DNA of 64,000 bases from assembly GCA_963749075.1 (NCBI GenBank), contig CAVVLJ010000016.1:1314539-1378538 (forward strand), written 5' to 3'. Position 1 is the stretch's first letter; the number at the start of each line of letters is the position of its first letter. This document shows positions 10,087 to 23,293 of the stretch, piece by piece. Made by a program: the position numbers and the translations under genes. Below the pieces are notes generated by a model that was not told the origin of the DNA, did not search any database, and saw only the letters and a list, made by a program, of their open reading frames with translations. Origin of the DNA: an uncultured Pseudomonadota bacterium (GTDB taxonomy: Bacteria > Pseudomonadota > Alphaproteobacteria > JACZXZ01).

Positions 10087-11364
10087 ATGCCCGACGACAC
10101 GATTCTGAAGCCCCTCGAGGGCCAGGCGCCGCAAGAGGCGGCGGCGCCGCTCGGCCAAGCTTCGCTCGCCGGCGTGAGAGTGGTCGACTTGACCCAGTTC
10201 GAGGCCGGCACGTCCTGTACCCAGACGCTCGCCTGGCTGGGCGCCGAGGTCATCAAGGTCGAGGAGCCGAACAAGGGCGAGCAGGGCCGCAGCGCCTCCT
10301 CGGACAGGCCCGGCGCCAACTCCTACTACTTCATGCTGCTCAACGCCAACAAGCGCAGCGTCACCGCCGACCTCAAGAGCGAGAAGGGCAAGGCGCTGCT
10401 GCGGGCGCTCATCGCCAAGTCGAACGTCTTCGTCGAGAACTTCGCACCCGGCGTCATCGAGCGCCTCGGCTTCGATTACGAGAGCGTGCGCAAGCTCAAT
10501 CCGCGCATCGTCTACGCGCAGATCAAGGGCTTCGCCCCCGACGGGCCTTACGGCAAGTTCCTCGCCTTCGACATGATCGCCCAGGCGACGGGCGGTGCCA
10601 TGTCCATCACCGGCGAGCCCGACGGACGGCCCCTCAAGCCGGGCATGACGATCGGCGATACCGGCACGGGGCTGCACTGCGCCATCGGCATTCTCGCCGC
10701 CCTCTACCAGCGCCAATTCACCGGCCGCGGCCAGCGCATCGAGCTCGCCATGCAGGAGGCGGTCATCAATTACGCCCGCATCTCCTATGCGAGCCAGGCG
10801 CTCTGGGGCAAGCCAGCACCCCGCGTCGGCAACCAGAGCATCCTCGGCACCAACTCGCCGAGCGAGAGCTATCCGTGCAAGGGCGGCGGGCCCAACGACT
10901 ATTGCTACGTCTACACCTCGCGCGCGACGCCCCAGCATTGGGAGCGCCTGCTCAAGATCATCGGGCGCGAGGATCTGCTGGGCGATGCGCGCTTTGCCAC
11001 GGCCCAGATGCGCTACAAGCACCGCCAGGAGATCGATGCGCTGGTCGGCGCCTGGACGCGCAAGTTCGACAAAGTCACGGTCATGAAGACGCTCGGCGAA
11101 GCCGGCGTGCCGGCCGGTGCCGTGTTCGACACCATGGAGCTCACCAACGACCCGCACCTCCGCCGCCGCGGCGCCTTCGTGACGGTCAAGCATCCGGTGC
11201 GCGGCGATTTCACCATGCCGGGCTGGCCGGTCAAGATGTCCGAGTGCAACGTGGCGATCGTGGCGGCCCCCCTCCTCGGCGCCGATAACGGCGAGGTCTA
11301 CGGCAAGCTCCTCGGCCTGACGGCGGAGGAGATCGCGGCGCTCAAGGAGGCGAAGGCGATCTGA
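10087..11364 (+). CDS. Family III CoA transferase (CaiB/BaiF, formyl-CoA transferase-like)
   Basis: GVRVVDLTQFEAGTSCT, LLNANKRS, VENFAPG, catalytic Asp region IGDTGTGLH, AMQEAV, PLLGADN. Confidence 0.92.
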   Translation: MPDDTILKPLEGQAPQEAAAPLGQASLAGVRVVDLTQFEAGTSCTQTLAWLGAEVIKVEEPNKGEQGRSASSDRPGANSYYFMLLNANKRSVTADLKSEKGKALLRALIAKSNVFVENFAPGVIERLGFDYESVRKLNPRIVYAQIKGFAPDGPYGKFLAFDMIAQATGGAMSITGEPDGRPLKPGMTIGDTGTGLHCAIGILAALYQRQFTGRGQRIELAMQEAVINYARISYASQALWGKPAPRVGNQSILGTNSPSESYPCKGGGPNDYCYVYTSRATPQHWERLLKIIGREDLLGDARFATAQMRYKHRQEIDALVGAWTRKFDKVTVMKTLGEAGVPAGAVFDTMELTNDPHLRRRGAFVTVKHPVRGDFTMPGWPVKMSECNVAIVAAPLLGADNGEVYGKLLGLTAEEIAALKEAKAI

Positions 11365-11405
11365 CGCCGGCGCGGGCGGCACCCCGCATCGGCCGCGCAG
11401 CCGCG

Positions 11406-12218
11406 CTATTTCGGCTGGAAGCTGTAGCTCGCCATCATATCCCCTACCGCCTGATAGGCTTCGCTCGTGACGGTGACCTCTCCGCGGAAGGGATAGTCGA
11501 AGGCCACGATGAGCACGATGACGAGCGCCAGCGATGCCGCAACGCCGGCGGTCACCGCCAGGTGCATCTTGAAGCTGTGCGCGCCGAAGAGATAGGTGAA
11601 GCCGACCGTGAGGGCGCCGCCGAAGAAGATGATCCACCAGATGAGCTCGGGAATATGGCTCTCGGCCGCGAGCAGCCTCGTCTGGCGCGCGCTGAAGAGA
11701 TAGTCGATATCCTGCAGCAATTCCCTGTGCATGTTCAACTCGCCCTGGGTTTTCGGCTCGAAATGCGCAACGTCGACGTTGAGGTTGCCTATGATGGTCC
11801 AGCCTCTCTGGTAGGTCGACTTGCCCGTGTGCCCGGCGTGCTGCGCGGGCCACTCATCGTCGATGACGAGCTGGACGTAGTCGCTGAGCTGCTTGCGATA
11901 GCGGACGGCGACCGCATCCGGCACGCCTGCGGTGTCGAAAAACACATTCCCGATGGCCTTGGCCTCGTTCTCGGCCGCATCGCCGGCCTTGGCGTAGTTC
12001 TCCCACGCCACGACCGCGATGAAGGCGAGCAGCACCGCATAGAGGATGCCCACGATGGCGATCGTGAAGCCCGCGATGTCGTTGTGGCTGCGGCGCAGCT
12101 CCAGGTCGACGAGGCGATGAAAGACGCAAAGCCCGGCGCAGGAGGCGAGCACCGAGGCGGCCACGATCGCGCTGCCGACCAGCCATGTGGGATCGTCGTA
12201 GATCCAGTCCGTAAACAT
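11406..12218 (-). CDS. DUF4239-like membrane protein
   Basis: GILYAVLLAF..V.AWE, Y...VI.DEWP and DYPFRG motifs; four TMs. Confidence 0.8.
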   Translation of the reverse strand: MFTDWIYDDPTWLVGSAIVAASVLASCAGLCVFHRLVDLELRRSHNDIAGFTIAIVGILYAVLLAFIAVVAWENYAKAGDAAENEAKAIGNVFFDTAGVPDAVAVRYRKQLSDYVQLVIDDEWPAQHAGHTGKSTYQRGWTIIGNLNVDVAHFEPKTQGELNMHRELLQDIDYLFSARQTRLLAAESHIPELIWWIIFFGGALTVGFTYLFGAHSFKMHLAVTAGVAASLALVIVLIVAFDYPFRGEVTVTSEAYQAVGDMMASYSFQPK

Positions 12219-12307
12219 CCCTCCCCCGGTCAGAAATACGAGAAATGCCGGGACATCATACCCGACTCGGCCACCTTATCGATGCGCTATACGAGATCGG
12301 AGCACCG

Positions 12308-12931
12308 TCACGCGTGGCGGGGCACGGCGTAGTCCGCGGGATAGGTGGCGCGGAACTCAGGGAGCGCCTCGCAGTGCGCGGAGAGCGCGTCGAGGGCGGG
12401 ATAGCGCCCCGGCGGAAGCTGCTCGGGATCGACCATGCGCACGAAGCGAACCATGCAGGCGGTGGTGATCTCGGCCTGGCCGAGCCGGGCGGCGAGCGGC
12501 CAGGACTCGGCCGCGAGCGCTGCCAAGGCGCCGTTGCCCTGGGTCCGGCAACGCTCGATCCATTCGGGCCAGCGGTAGGCGGCAGGGCGGATGATCCGCT
12601 CATAGGCGGCCGCCCCGATCTTCTCGATGGCACCGATCGCCAGCGCCACCAGGCGGAGCGCCCGGCGCCGAGCGGGATCCGTCTGCGGCAGAAGTGCCCG
12701 CGCCGGCCCGACGGTCTGGTCGAGCCAGTCGAGGATCGCCGTCGAATCGATTAGCACCTCGCCGTCGTCGAGCACGAGCGAGGGGATGCGGGCGAGCGGA
12801 TTGAGCTTGCGCATGGCGTCGAAATCGCCGAACACGGAGCGGGTGTCGTGCTCATAGCCGAAGCCCAGCAGGCGGAGCGAGATGCCCACCCGCCGCACGA
12901 CCGGCGAATCATACTGGCCGACCAGGATCAT
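12308..12931 (-). CDS. Glutathione S-transferase family protein
   Basis: MILVGQYDSPVVRRV, NPLARIPSL, LIDSTAILDWLD. Confidence 0.9.
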   Translation of the reverse strand: MILVGQYDSPVVRRVGISLRLLGFGYEHDTRSVFGDFDAMRKLNPLARIPSLVLDDGEVLIDSTAILDWLDQTVGPARALLPQTDPARRRALRLVALAIGAIEKIGAAAYERIIRPAAYRWPEWIERCRTQGNGALAALAAESWPLAARLGQAEITTACMVRFVRMVDPEQLPPGRYPALDALSAHCEALPEFRATYPADYAVPRHA

Positions 12932-13107
12932 GGCGCCCCGCCCCCGACACATCCGCCGCGACGAACCTCGGCGGATCAGGATGCACACCTTCGGCTTCGC
13001 CGACAAGAAATACGGAGAGACGATACGCAACCTCGCTCGTTTCAGCTACCATGCGGTCCGATTTGCCCGGACGGGCCGTCCGTCCGGGACATGCCGGATA
13101 GAGTGCG

Positions 13108-13494
13108 ATGATCAGGAACTTCGGCGATCATTCGGCGAATGAGCGGACGTTCCTCGCCTGGGTGCGCACGGCCATTGCCGTCATGGCATTTGGATTTCTC
13201 GTGGAGAAATTCGACCTCTTCCTCGAGATTGCCGCTCCCTCATTGGCAGGACGCGTGCTCTCGCTGCCCGGCCAGAAATTCGGCAACACGGCCGGATTGG
13301 TGCTCATCGTCGTCGGCACTGCCATGGTCGCCGTAGCAGGCATTCGCTTTCTGGTCACCGCAAAGGCCATCGACAGCAAGGAGGCGCTGCCAAGCCCGGG
13401 ATCGCGGGTCGATCTGGCGCTGGCGGCGCTGCTGGTCCTTCTGGGCTGCGCTCTCTTCCTCTACATGACGCACGCCCTCGTCGCCAATTCCTGA
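13108..13494 (+). CDS. DUF202/YidH-family membrane protein
   Basis: [15 protein letters not shown] signature; three TMs. Confidence 0.9.
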   Translation: MIRNFGDHSANERTFLAWVRTAIAVMAFGFLVEKFDLFLEIAAPSLAGRVLSLPGQKFGNTAGLVLIVVGTAMVAVAGIRFLVTAKAIDSKEALPSPGSRVDLALAALLVLLGCALFLYMTHALVANS

Positions 13495-13537
13495 GGCCGG
13501 CAGCAAGACGGGAAAGGCCTTGTCGGAGGGAGGTGCT

Positions 13538-14461
13538 ATGAAGAAACTGCAGCCGAACATCCTGCAGTGCATCGGCAACACCTCTTTATTGGCCTTGCGC
13601 AAAATCGTGCCCGAGCGCGCCAGCCGCATCCTCCTGAAATTGGAGAGCGAGAACCCGACTGGCAGCATGAAGGACCGCATGGCGCTTGCCATGATCGAAG
13701 CGGCGGAGGCCGACGGACGTCTTAAGGCGGGAGGTTCCGTCGTCGAATACACCGGCGGCAGCACCGGCGTGTCCCTCTCGCTGATCTGCGCGGTCAAGGG
13801 ATATCCCCTCGATATCGTGAGCTCCGACGCCTTCGCCCGGGAAAAACTCGAGCATATGAGAATCCTGGGAGCCAAGCTTCAAATCGTGCGAAGCGAGAGC
13901 GGGCGCATGACCGAGAAACTGACCCGCGACATGGTCGAGGCCGCCCGCATCATCGCGGAAGAGACCGGAGGCTTCTGGACCGATCAGCTGAACAATGAAG
14001 ACCAGCTTGCGGCCTATCACGGAATGGCGGAGGAAATCTGGATCGAGACGGACGGCGAGGTCGACGGCTTCGTTCAGAGCGTGGGTACCGCGGCGTCGCT
14101 TCGCGGCACCGGGGAAGCCTTACGCCGCCATAACGAGCGGCTCGCAATCGTTGCCGTGGAGCCATCCGAATCCCCCGTTCTGTCGGGCGGCCAGCCGGGC
14201 GCGCATAAAATCGACGGCATCGGCGCGGGTTTTGTCGTGCCGCTCTGGCAGAAGGGCATCGCCGGCCGCATCGAACGGGTTTCCACGGAAGAGGCTATGG
14301 CCATGACCGCTCGCCTCGCCCGCGAGGAAGGTCTCTTTGCCGGGACTTCCACCGGCAGCAATGTCATCGCCGCCCTGCGGCTCGCCGAGCAACTGGGGCC
14401 CGGCGCGACCGTCGTCACCGTCATGTGCGATACCGGGATGAAATATCTCAGCAAAGGATAG
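13538..14461 (+). CDS. PLP-dependent cysteine synthase family protein
   Basis: KLESENPTGSMKDR (PLP Lys), TGGSTG, CDTGMKYLS. Confidence 0.9.
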   Translation: MKKLQPNILQCIGNTSLLALRKIVPERASRILLKLESENPTGSMKDRMALAMIEAAEADGRLKAGGSVVEYTGGSTGVSLSLICAVKGYPLDIVSSDAFAREKLEHMRILGAKLQIVRSESGRMTEKLTRDMVEAARIIAEETGGFWTDQLNNEDQLAAYHGMAEEIWIETDGEVDGFVQSVGTAASLRGTGEALRRHNERLAIVAVEPSESPVLSGGQPGAHKIDGIGAGFVVPLWQKGIAGRIERVSTEEAMAMTARLAREEGLFAGTSTGSNVIAALRLAEQLGPGATVVTVMCDTGMKYLSKG

Positions 14462-14733
14462 GGATTTGACCCCCTCGCTCGACCGCGGTCGCAACAAAGG
14501 CGGAGGGCTGAGCCGCCGCAGATCAGGGCGGCCGACGGCCCCATCACGGCCGCCTCACCCCTGAGGCCGTGCGCATCCAAAGCAACCTCCGCAGCGCGGG
14601 GGATGCGCTAAGCCAAGGTCCGCAACCGGCCATGGGAATGTGCCATGAACGACTTAGGAGGGCTATGGCAAGAGTTTGATGCCGCAGCGCTACCGTGGAG
14701 GGGGAAGCGGGATGAGGAAAACCGGCTAAGTGC

Positions 14734-14808
14734 TGGTGGGCGCGACGGGAATTGAACCCGTGGCCTCCTGATTAAAAGTCAGTTGCTCTACCGCTGAGCT
14801 ACGCGCCC
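14734..14808 (-). tRNA. tRNA-Lys(TTT)
   Basis: Reverse complement GGGCGCGTAGCTCAGCGGTAGAGCAACTGACTTTTAATCAGGAGGCCACGGGTTCAATTCCCGTCGCGCCCACCA has a 7-bp acceptor stem, TTT anticodon, T-loop and encoded CCA. Confidence 0.97.
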
Positions 14809-14900
14809 GCGCTCGCGCATAAATAGGCGCGTGGGCGGGGCGAGGTCAATCGGCAATGGGCGAGGAGCTGTCCCTCGCCCTTCCCTTCCCTGCGGGATGC

Positions 14901-16049
14901 TCACTCCGCCGCGGCGCGCGCCGCCGGCGAGGCGAGCGAGTAGCGGACGAAGCGCCGATTGCCCGCCGGCAACAGTGCCACGTCCAGCGTGCCCTCGGCC
15001 GGCTGCATCACGATCATCGCGACCGTCGCGGTGACGACACCGTCGACGCCCGGGCGCGGCGGGCGGCAGACGGACCAGGGGCTCTCGAAATCATCGAAGA
15101 GCGCCTCCTTCACGTCAGCGGCGGTGAGCTCGCCGAGCGTGGGCACCAAGAGCTCGCGCACGCGCAGATCGCGGTAGAGCGAGTTGGGCGTGCCGGCCAA
15201 GCCGGTATCCCTGAGCTTGGCAAGCGCCACCGGGCTCAGCCAATGGTTGGCGTGGACGAGCAGCCCACGCTCGGGATAGAGCCGGAAGGTCTCGTCCGGC
15301 GCGCACTCGAAATCGATCGCGATGCCGCCCCGATGGCTGACGATCATGTTGTTCGAGGCCGATTTCGGCGTCGCGTAGACGGCGCGCATCGCAAGCGCAA
15401 GCCGCTCCTCTTCGAGCACCTTGCGCCGGATCAGCGCCAGCGGCACGCCGATCTGGCCATAGTCGCGGTCCGACTCGAGGTAGTTCGCCGTAAGTGCTAT
15501 GCCCGCGGCATTGCAGCCGAAGCGAGCAAGGCCGCCGGCCTCGGTGAAGGTCAGGAGGTCGGGCCCGTCTTCGCGGCAGATGCGGAGCACCACCGCCGTC
15601 TCGGCGCATTCGACCTTCCAGTCCCAGTTCTGCGCGTGGATGAGGCACCCGTCCGCCGCCGCCTCGGGCATGACGACGACGCCGGTGCAGCCGTCGGGTG
15701 CTGTGGCCTCGGCGAGGCGCCCCCGCAGATCCGGCCGTTCCGCGAGCTTCAGGATCTCGGTGCGCGCGTTCAGCAGCACCACCTCTTCGAACGGCAGTGC
15801 AGCACCCCGCGCAATGCCGCGCATCTCCTCGACGTAGGCCGGCTCGAACCCCTCGATGACCGGCAGGTAGTCGTTCACGAGCCCGCGGATCTCGCTCCCG
15901 GCCAATCCGGCGCGCGCGAGCTGGGCCGTATAATGGGCGACCCCGCGGCGGATGCGCTCCGCGGCCGCGATGCCATAGGCGACGCCCCGCTCATGAGGCG
16001 GACCAGAGAGGTTTATGAGGGGGCAGCTCTCTATCGGCATGGTCCTCAT
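14901..16049 (-). CDS. C45 family autoproteolytic Ntn-hydrolase/acyltransferase
   Basis: LNARTE, DGCT cleavage motif, HAQNWDW, TFTEAG, VHANHW. Confidence 0.9.
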   Translation of the reverse strand: MRTMPIESCPLINLSGPPHERGVAYGIAAAERIRRGVAHYTAQLARAGLAGSEIRGLVNDYLPVIEGFEPAYVEEMRGIARGAALPFEEVVLLNARTEILKLAERPDLRGRLAEATAPDGCTGVVVMPEAAADGCLIHAQNWDWKVECAETAVVLRICREDGPDLLTFTEAGGLARFGCNAAGIALTANYLESDRDYGQIGVPLALIRRKVLEEERLALAMRAVYATPKSASNNMIVSHRGGIAIDFECAPDETFRLYPERGLLVHANHWLSPVALAKLRDTGLAGTPNSLYRDLRVRELLVPTLGELTAADVKEALFDDFESPWSVCRPPRPGVDGVVTATVAMIVMQPAEGTLDVALLPAGNRRFVRYSLASPAARAAAE

Positions 16050-16108
16050 GGCCGTCCCGGCGGGCCGGATTCAACAGGCGATGCGCGAGGTGCAATCGGC
16101 GGCGGCCG

Positions 16109-16660
16109 CTACTTCACGTCGGCGGCGACTTGCAGCTTGACGATCTTGTCGGGGGTGCCGCTCACCTGGCCGTTGGGCTCGGCGCCCTTCTTGATGCTGT
16201 CGACGAACTCCATGCCCTTCACGACCTCGCCGAAGATGGTGTATTGGCCGTCGAGCCAGGGCGCCACCTTGAAGCAGATGAAGAACTGGCTGTCGGCGCT
16301 GTTGGGGTCGGAGGAGCGCGCCATGCCGAGGGTGCCGCGCTCGAAATGCGCCGTGCGCGAGAACTCGGCGGGGAGGTTCTGGCCCGAGCCGCCGGTGCCG
16401 TTCCCCTTGGGATCGCCCGTCTGCGCCATGAAGCCGGGGATCACGCGGTGGAAGAGGAGACCGTCGTAGAAGTGCTGGCGCACCAGCTCCTTGAAGCGCG
16501 CCACGGTCTTCGGCGCCAGGTCCGGGCGCAGCTCGATCACCACGCGGCCGTCCTTGAGGTCGAGATAGAGGGTGTTCTCGGGATCGGCCGCCTGGGCCGC
16601 GGCACTTGCTGTCATGAGGAGAACCGCCATCAACAGGGGTTTGAGGAAAGCACGCATCAT
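16109..16660 (-). CDS. Periplasmic cyclophilin-type peptidyl-prolyl isomerase
   Basis: Signal peptide; FHRVIPGFMAQTGDP, GMARS, SQFFI, LDGQYTIFG. Confidence 0.95.
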   Translation of the reverse strand: MMRAFLKPLLMAVLLMTASAAAQAADPENTLYLDLKDGRVVIELRPDLAPKTVARFKELVRQHFYDGLLFHRVIPGFMAQTGDPKGNGTGGSGQNLPAEFSRTAHFERGTLGMARSSDPNSADSQFFICFKVAPWLDGQYTIFGEVVKGMEFVDSIKKGAEPNGQVSGTPDKIVKLQVAADVK

Positions 16661-16670
16661 CCGGTTCCTT

Positions 16671-16718
16671 GCTTTCATTTGGGCTTTCATTTGGGCTTTC
16701 ATTTGGGCTTTCGTTTGG
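16671..16718. repeat. 12-bp tandem repeat (GCTTTCATTTGG x3 plus GCTTTCGTTTGG)
   Basis: Read directly; overlaps the coaD stop codon. Confidence 0.9.
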
Positions 16719-17224
16719 CCTGGCGCTCCTTGTAGCGCGCGTTGAGCCGCGCCGCCACTCCCGGCGGCACGAAGCTCGTGATGTCGCCGCCCAAGAGGGC
16801 GATCTCCTTGACGAAGCGCGAGGCGATGAAGGTCTGCCGCTCGGCCGCCATGAGGAACACGGTCTCGATGTCGGGCGCCACGCGCGCGTTCATGCCCGCC
16901 ATCTGGAACTCGTAGTCGAAGTCGGAGACGGCGCGCAGGCCGCGCACGATGATGGAGGCACCGACGCTCTTCACGAAGTGGGTGAGGAGCCGGTCGAAGG
17001 CCTGCACCTCGACGCGCGCCATATTGCCGTTGCCGGCCGCAGCTAGCGCTGCGCACTCCTCGTCCACCATGGCGAGCCGCTCCTCGAGCGTGAAGAGCGG
17101 GCCCTTGCCGATGTTGGCCGCAACCCCCACCACCACGCGGTCGAGGATGCGCGTCGCGCGCTGGATGATGTCGAGGTGGCCGTTGGTGATCGGGTCGAAG
17201 GTCCCGGCATAGACGCCGATCCGC

Positions 17225-17232
<8 letters not shown>
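16699..17232 (-). CDS. coaD: Pantetheine-phosphate adenylyltransferase
   Basis: YAGTFDPITNGHLDII, RGLRAVSDFDYE. Confidence 0.97.
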
Positions 17233-19970
<2,738 letters not shown>

Positions 19971-20277
19971 TAAATGGGGCTTTTGCGAGGGTTGCGGAGG
20001 CGGCCGGCGGGGCTCTGCGGATGGGCCCGAAGCGGCCCTCCTTCTATAGCAAATTTCGCGCCTGCGAACAATCGGGAACGGTACGCCGCCTCCGTTATTT
20101 TCTGCAACAATCGCAATATGTTACTGGATTTTTTCGAGGCCGTATCCAAAGCCGCGAAAAGCGCTCGCGCGGCAGCGAGGAAAGCGCTTGCCGTGGCGGC
20201 CCCGCGCGAGCGCGAGGGCGGGCTAAGAAGCGTCTATTTCTGCAGTCCGAGATGCCGCGGGCGGCGGCGGAGCCGGC

Positions 20278-21126
20278 TCAGCCGGCCGCGCGCCTTTGGC
20301 CGCGCGCGCCGCGCCCGGCGCTGCGCTCCGCATGTGCGGCCCCGGCGGTCTTCCCCGGTCCGGCGCCGAAGTAGCGCGCCAGGCGCGCCGCGGCCGCGTG
20401 AAGCCGCGGCACCAGCCGCCTGACGCCCGCCATGTTGAGGCGCACGGTGGGTGCGGCGAGCGAGAGGGCTGCCACCATGCGCCCCGCCGCGTTGCGCACC
20501 GGCACCGCGGCGCCCACGATGTGCAGCACGAACTCCTGGTTGGTCGCGGCGTAGCCCTGCTTGCGCACGCGCGCGATTTCCGCCGAGAGGGCGGCGGCGC
20601 CGGTGATGGTGAAGGACGTGAAGGCGGGGCGCTGCGCGAGCGTAAGATAGGCCTCGAGGTGCCCGGGCTCGAGCTCGGCGAGAAAGAGCTTGCCGCTCGA
20701 GGTGCAGAAGAGCGGCGCGCGGCGCCCGGCGCGGAAGGTCAGCGTCTGCTGCTGGCGCGGCTCCGCGCTCGCGACATAGACGACTTCGTCGCCGTCGATG
20801 ATGCCGAGGCTGCACATCTCGCCGAGCTCGTCCGAGAGCGCGCTGAGGAGCGCCTGGACGGGTGCTGCACCCGCTGCCGCGGCGATCACGTCGGCCGCGA
20901 ACTCGACCAGGGCGGGCGAGACGGTGAGCCTGCGGCTCCCCGGCACGCGCTGCAGGTAGCCCAGGCGCTCGAGCTCGCTCGAGATGCGGTGCGCGGTGGG
21001 CGGCTTGAGGCCGAGCTCGGCCGCGAGGACTGCAAGCGGCGTATTGGGCCGCCGCGCCACCGCCCAGAGCACCTCGAAGAGCTTCGCCGCGGGCGACGGC
21101 CGTGCCGGATAGTGCTGCCGGGCCAC
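20278..21126 (-). CDS. IclR family transcriptional regulator
   Basis: N-terminal HTH (LGLKPPTAHR); CTSSGKLFLA; R.QGYA..NQE. Confidence 0.92.
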   Translation of the reverse strand: MARQHYPARPSPAAKLFEVLWAVARRPNTPLAVLAAELGLKPPTAHRISSELERLGYLQRVPGSRRLTVSPALVEFAADVIAAAAGAAPVQALLSALSDELGEMCSLGIIDGDEVVYVASAEPRQQQTLTFRAGRRAPLFCTSSGKLFLAELEPGHLEAYLTLAQRPAFTSFTITGAAALSAEIARVRKQGYAATNQEFVLHIVGAAVPVRNAAGRMVAALSLAAPTVRLNMAGVRRLVPRLHAAAARLARYFGAGPGKTAGAAHAERSAGRGARGQRRAAG

Positions 21127-21134
21127 GGGCTGGC

Positions 21135-21959
21135 TCAGGCCTCGAGATAGGCGCCGGTGAAGCGGCGGAGGAAGCCCTTGAGGCGCTCCGAGCGCGGCTT
21201 GACGAGAAGCTCGCCCGGCGGCCCCTCCTCGACGATGACGCCCTTGTCCATGAAGATGATGCGGTCCGCCACGTCGCGCGCGAAGCCGATCTCGTGGGTC
21301 ACGAGGATCATGGTCATGCCTTCCTGGGCGAGGCGGCGGATGACGAGGAGCACCTCGCCGACGAGCTCGGGATCGAGCGCCGAGGTCACCTCGTCGAACA
21401 GCATGACCTTGGGCTCCATGGCGAGTGCCCTCGCGATCGCCACCCGCTGCTGCTGGCCGCCGGAAAGGCGGGCGGGATACTCGTCCGTCTTGTCGGCGAG
21501 GCCGACCTTGTCGAGAAGCGCCTCGGCTGTCGCGCGCGCCGACTTGCGCTCGATGCCGCGCACGTGCACGGGCCCCATCATGACGTTCTCGATGGCGCTG
21601 CGGTGCGGGAAGAGATTGTAGCTCTGGAACACCATGCCGACGCGCTCGCGGAAGCGGGCGATCTCGGCCTCGGGCCGCATGAGCCGCCTGCCGTTGCCGC
21701 CCTCGCGGTAGCCCACCAGCTCGCCGTCGATGCGCACCTCGCCCTGGTCGTAGGCCTCGAGGAAGTTGATGCAGCGGAGCATGGTCGACTTGCCCGAGCC
21801 GCTCGGGCCGAGCACGACCACCACCTCGCCGGGCGCCACCGCGAAGCTCACGCCGTCGAGCACGCGGAGTGCGGCGAACGACTTGCCGAGGCCGCTCACC
21901 GCGATCATGGCGCTGCCGTCTCCCCGGCCCGTGCGGCGCTCCTCAGCTTGCGAAGGCAT
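21135..21959 (-). CDS. Polar amino-acid ABC transporter ATPase
   Basis: [28 protein letters not shown]; start may be 21908. Confidence 0.95.
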   Translation of the reverse strand: MPSQAEERRTGRGDGSAMIAVSGLGKSFAALRVLDGVSFAVAPGEVVVVLGPSGSGKSTMLRCINFLEAYDQGEVRIDGELVGYREGGNGRRLMRPEAEIARFRERVGMVFQSYNLFPHRSAIENVMMGPVHVRGIERKSARATAEALLDKVGLADKTDEYPARLSGGQQQRVAIARALAMEPKVMLFDEVTSALDPELVGEVLLVIRRLAQEGMTMILVTHEIGFARDVADRIIFMDKGVIVEEGPPGELLVKPRSERLKGFLRRFTGAYLEA

Positions 21960-22593
21960 AGCGCCGCTCCAGATTGCGCGCCACGAGCGAGAGAGGGTAG
22001 CAGATGACGAAATAGATGGCCATGACGCCGAGGAAGATCTCGAAGGCGGCAAGCGTGCGCTCAACCACCTCGCGCGCGGCATAGCTCAGCTCCCAGGCGC
22101 CCACCACCGAGACGTAGGAGGTCTGCTTGACCGTGATCAGCGCGGTGTTGAGGAGCGGCGGCGTCGCCATGCGCAAGGCCTGCGGGAAGACGATCTCGCG
22201 CAGCATCGGCCAGCGGCGCATGCCGAGGCTCTTGGCCGCGGCGATCTGGCTCGCGGGGATCGCGAGGATGGCGCCGCGCACGATCTCGCTCACGAAGGCC
22301 CCGACGTAGACGACCATCGCGACGCCGACCGCGACATAGGCGTTGACGCGGTAGCCGAGTGCGGGGAAGGCGTAATAGCCGAGGAACATGACGACGAGGA
22401 TGGGAATGCCGCGCAGCACGAAGACGTAGCCCGTCACGAGCGCGCGCGCCGGGCGCGGGCCGACGGCGCCCACGGTGCCGACGGCGAAGCCGAGGAGCAT
22501 GCCGAGCGAGATGGTGGCGAGGGAGAGCCATAGGGTGACCACCGCCCCCTCGAGGAGGTACGGCAGGCTGATGAGGAGGACGTGGAACATCAT
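21943..22593 (-). CDS. Polar amino-acid ABC permease
   Basis: RGIP motif; SEIVRG...QIAAAKSLG (EAA-like loop). Confidence 0.93.
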   Translation of the reverse strand: MMFHVLLISLPYLLEGAVVTLWLSLATISLGMLLGFAVGTVGAVGPRPARALVTGYVFVLRGIPILVVMFLGYYAFPALGYRVNAYVAVGVAMVVYVGAFVSEIVRGAILAIPASQIAAAKSLGMRRWPMLREIVFPQALRMATPPLLNTALITVKQTSYVSVVGAWELSYAAREVVERTLAAFEIFLGVMAIYFVICYPLSLVARNLERRYAFAS

Positions 22594-23252
22594 CCGAACC
22601 GCGCCGCGAGGCGCTTCTCGGCGAGGCGCAGGACCGCGCCGAGCGCCGTGGTCATCGTGAGGTAGAACAAGGCAACCGCGACGAAGACCTCATAGGAGGC
22701 ACCGGTGCGCTCGATGATCATCTTGCCCGAGAGCGTCACCTCCATGACGCCGATCGCCGAGACGAGCGAGGTGTCCTTGACGACCACGATGAGCTGGTTC
22801 GCGACCGGGGCCATGACCTTGATCGCCGCCTGCGGCAGCACGACCAGCCAGAAGGCCTTGCGCGTGCGCATGCCGATGGCGCGCGCCGCCTCCCATTGGC
22901 GCGCGCTCACGGACTCGACGCCGCCGCGCAGGACCTCGGCGAGGAAGGCGCCGTGCTGCAGGGCGATGGCGATGACGCCGCAGAGAAAGCCCGAGAGGAA
23001 GATGCCGAAGAGCGGCAGGCCGAAATAGATGAGATACATCTGGATGAGGAGCGGCGTGTTGCGCATCACCTCGACGTAGGCGGCGGCCGCATCGGCGAGC
23101 CAGCGCAGCCTGGAGGTGCGCATGAGGAGGAGCGGCAGGCTCCAGGCGAGTGCCAGCGGCACCGCGGCGGCGGCGAGGGCGAGGGTGAGCGCGAAGCCCT
23201 CCGCGAGATAGGGCACGTAGCGCGCGAGGAAATTCACGAGCTGCGGCGCCAT
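22590..23252 (-). CDS. Polar amino-acid ABC permease
   Basis: RNTPLLIQ, AEVLRGG, QWEAARAIG, KDTSL. Confidence 0.93.
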   Translation of the reverse strand: MAPQLVNFLARYVPYLAEGFALTLALAAAAVPLALAWSLPLLLMRTSRLRWLADAAAAYVEVMRNTPLLIQMYLIYFGLPLFGIFLSGFLCGVIAIALQHGAFLAEVLRGGVESVSARQWEAARAIGMRTRKAFWLVVLPQAAIKVMAPVANQLIVVVKDTSLVSAIGVMEVTLSGKMIIERTGASYEVFVAVALFYLTMTTALGAVLRLAEKRLAARFG

Positions 23253-23293
23253 CCCTCACCCTCCCGCGGCAGCACCGCCACGGCCGGCGGCGC

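Noticed and set aside
14600-14810. Intact prophage or ICE at tRNA-Lys
   Set aside because: No integrase, structural or conjugation genes, and no att duplicate seen.
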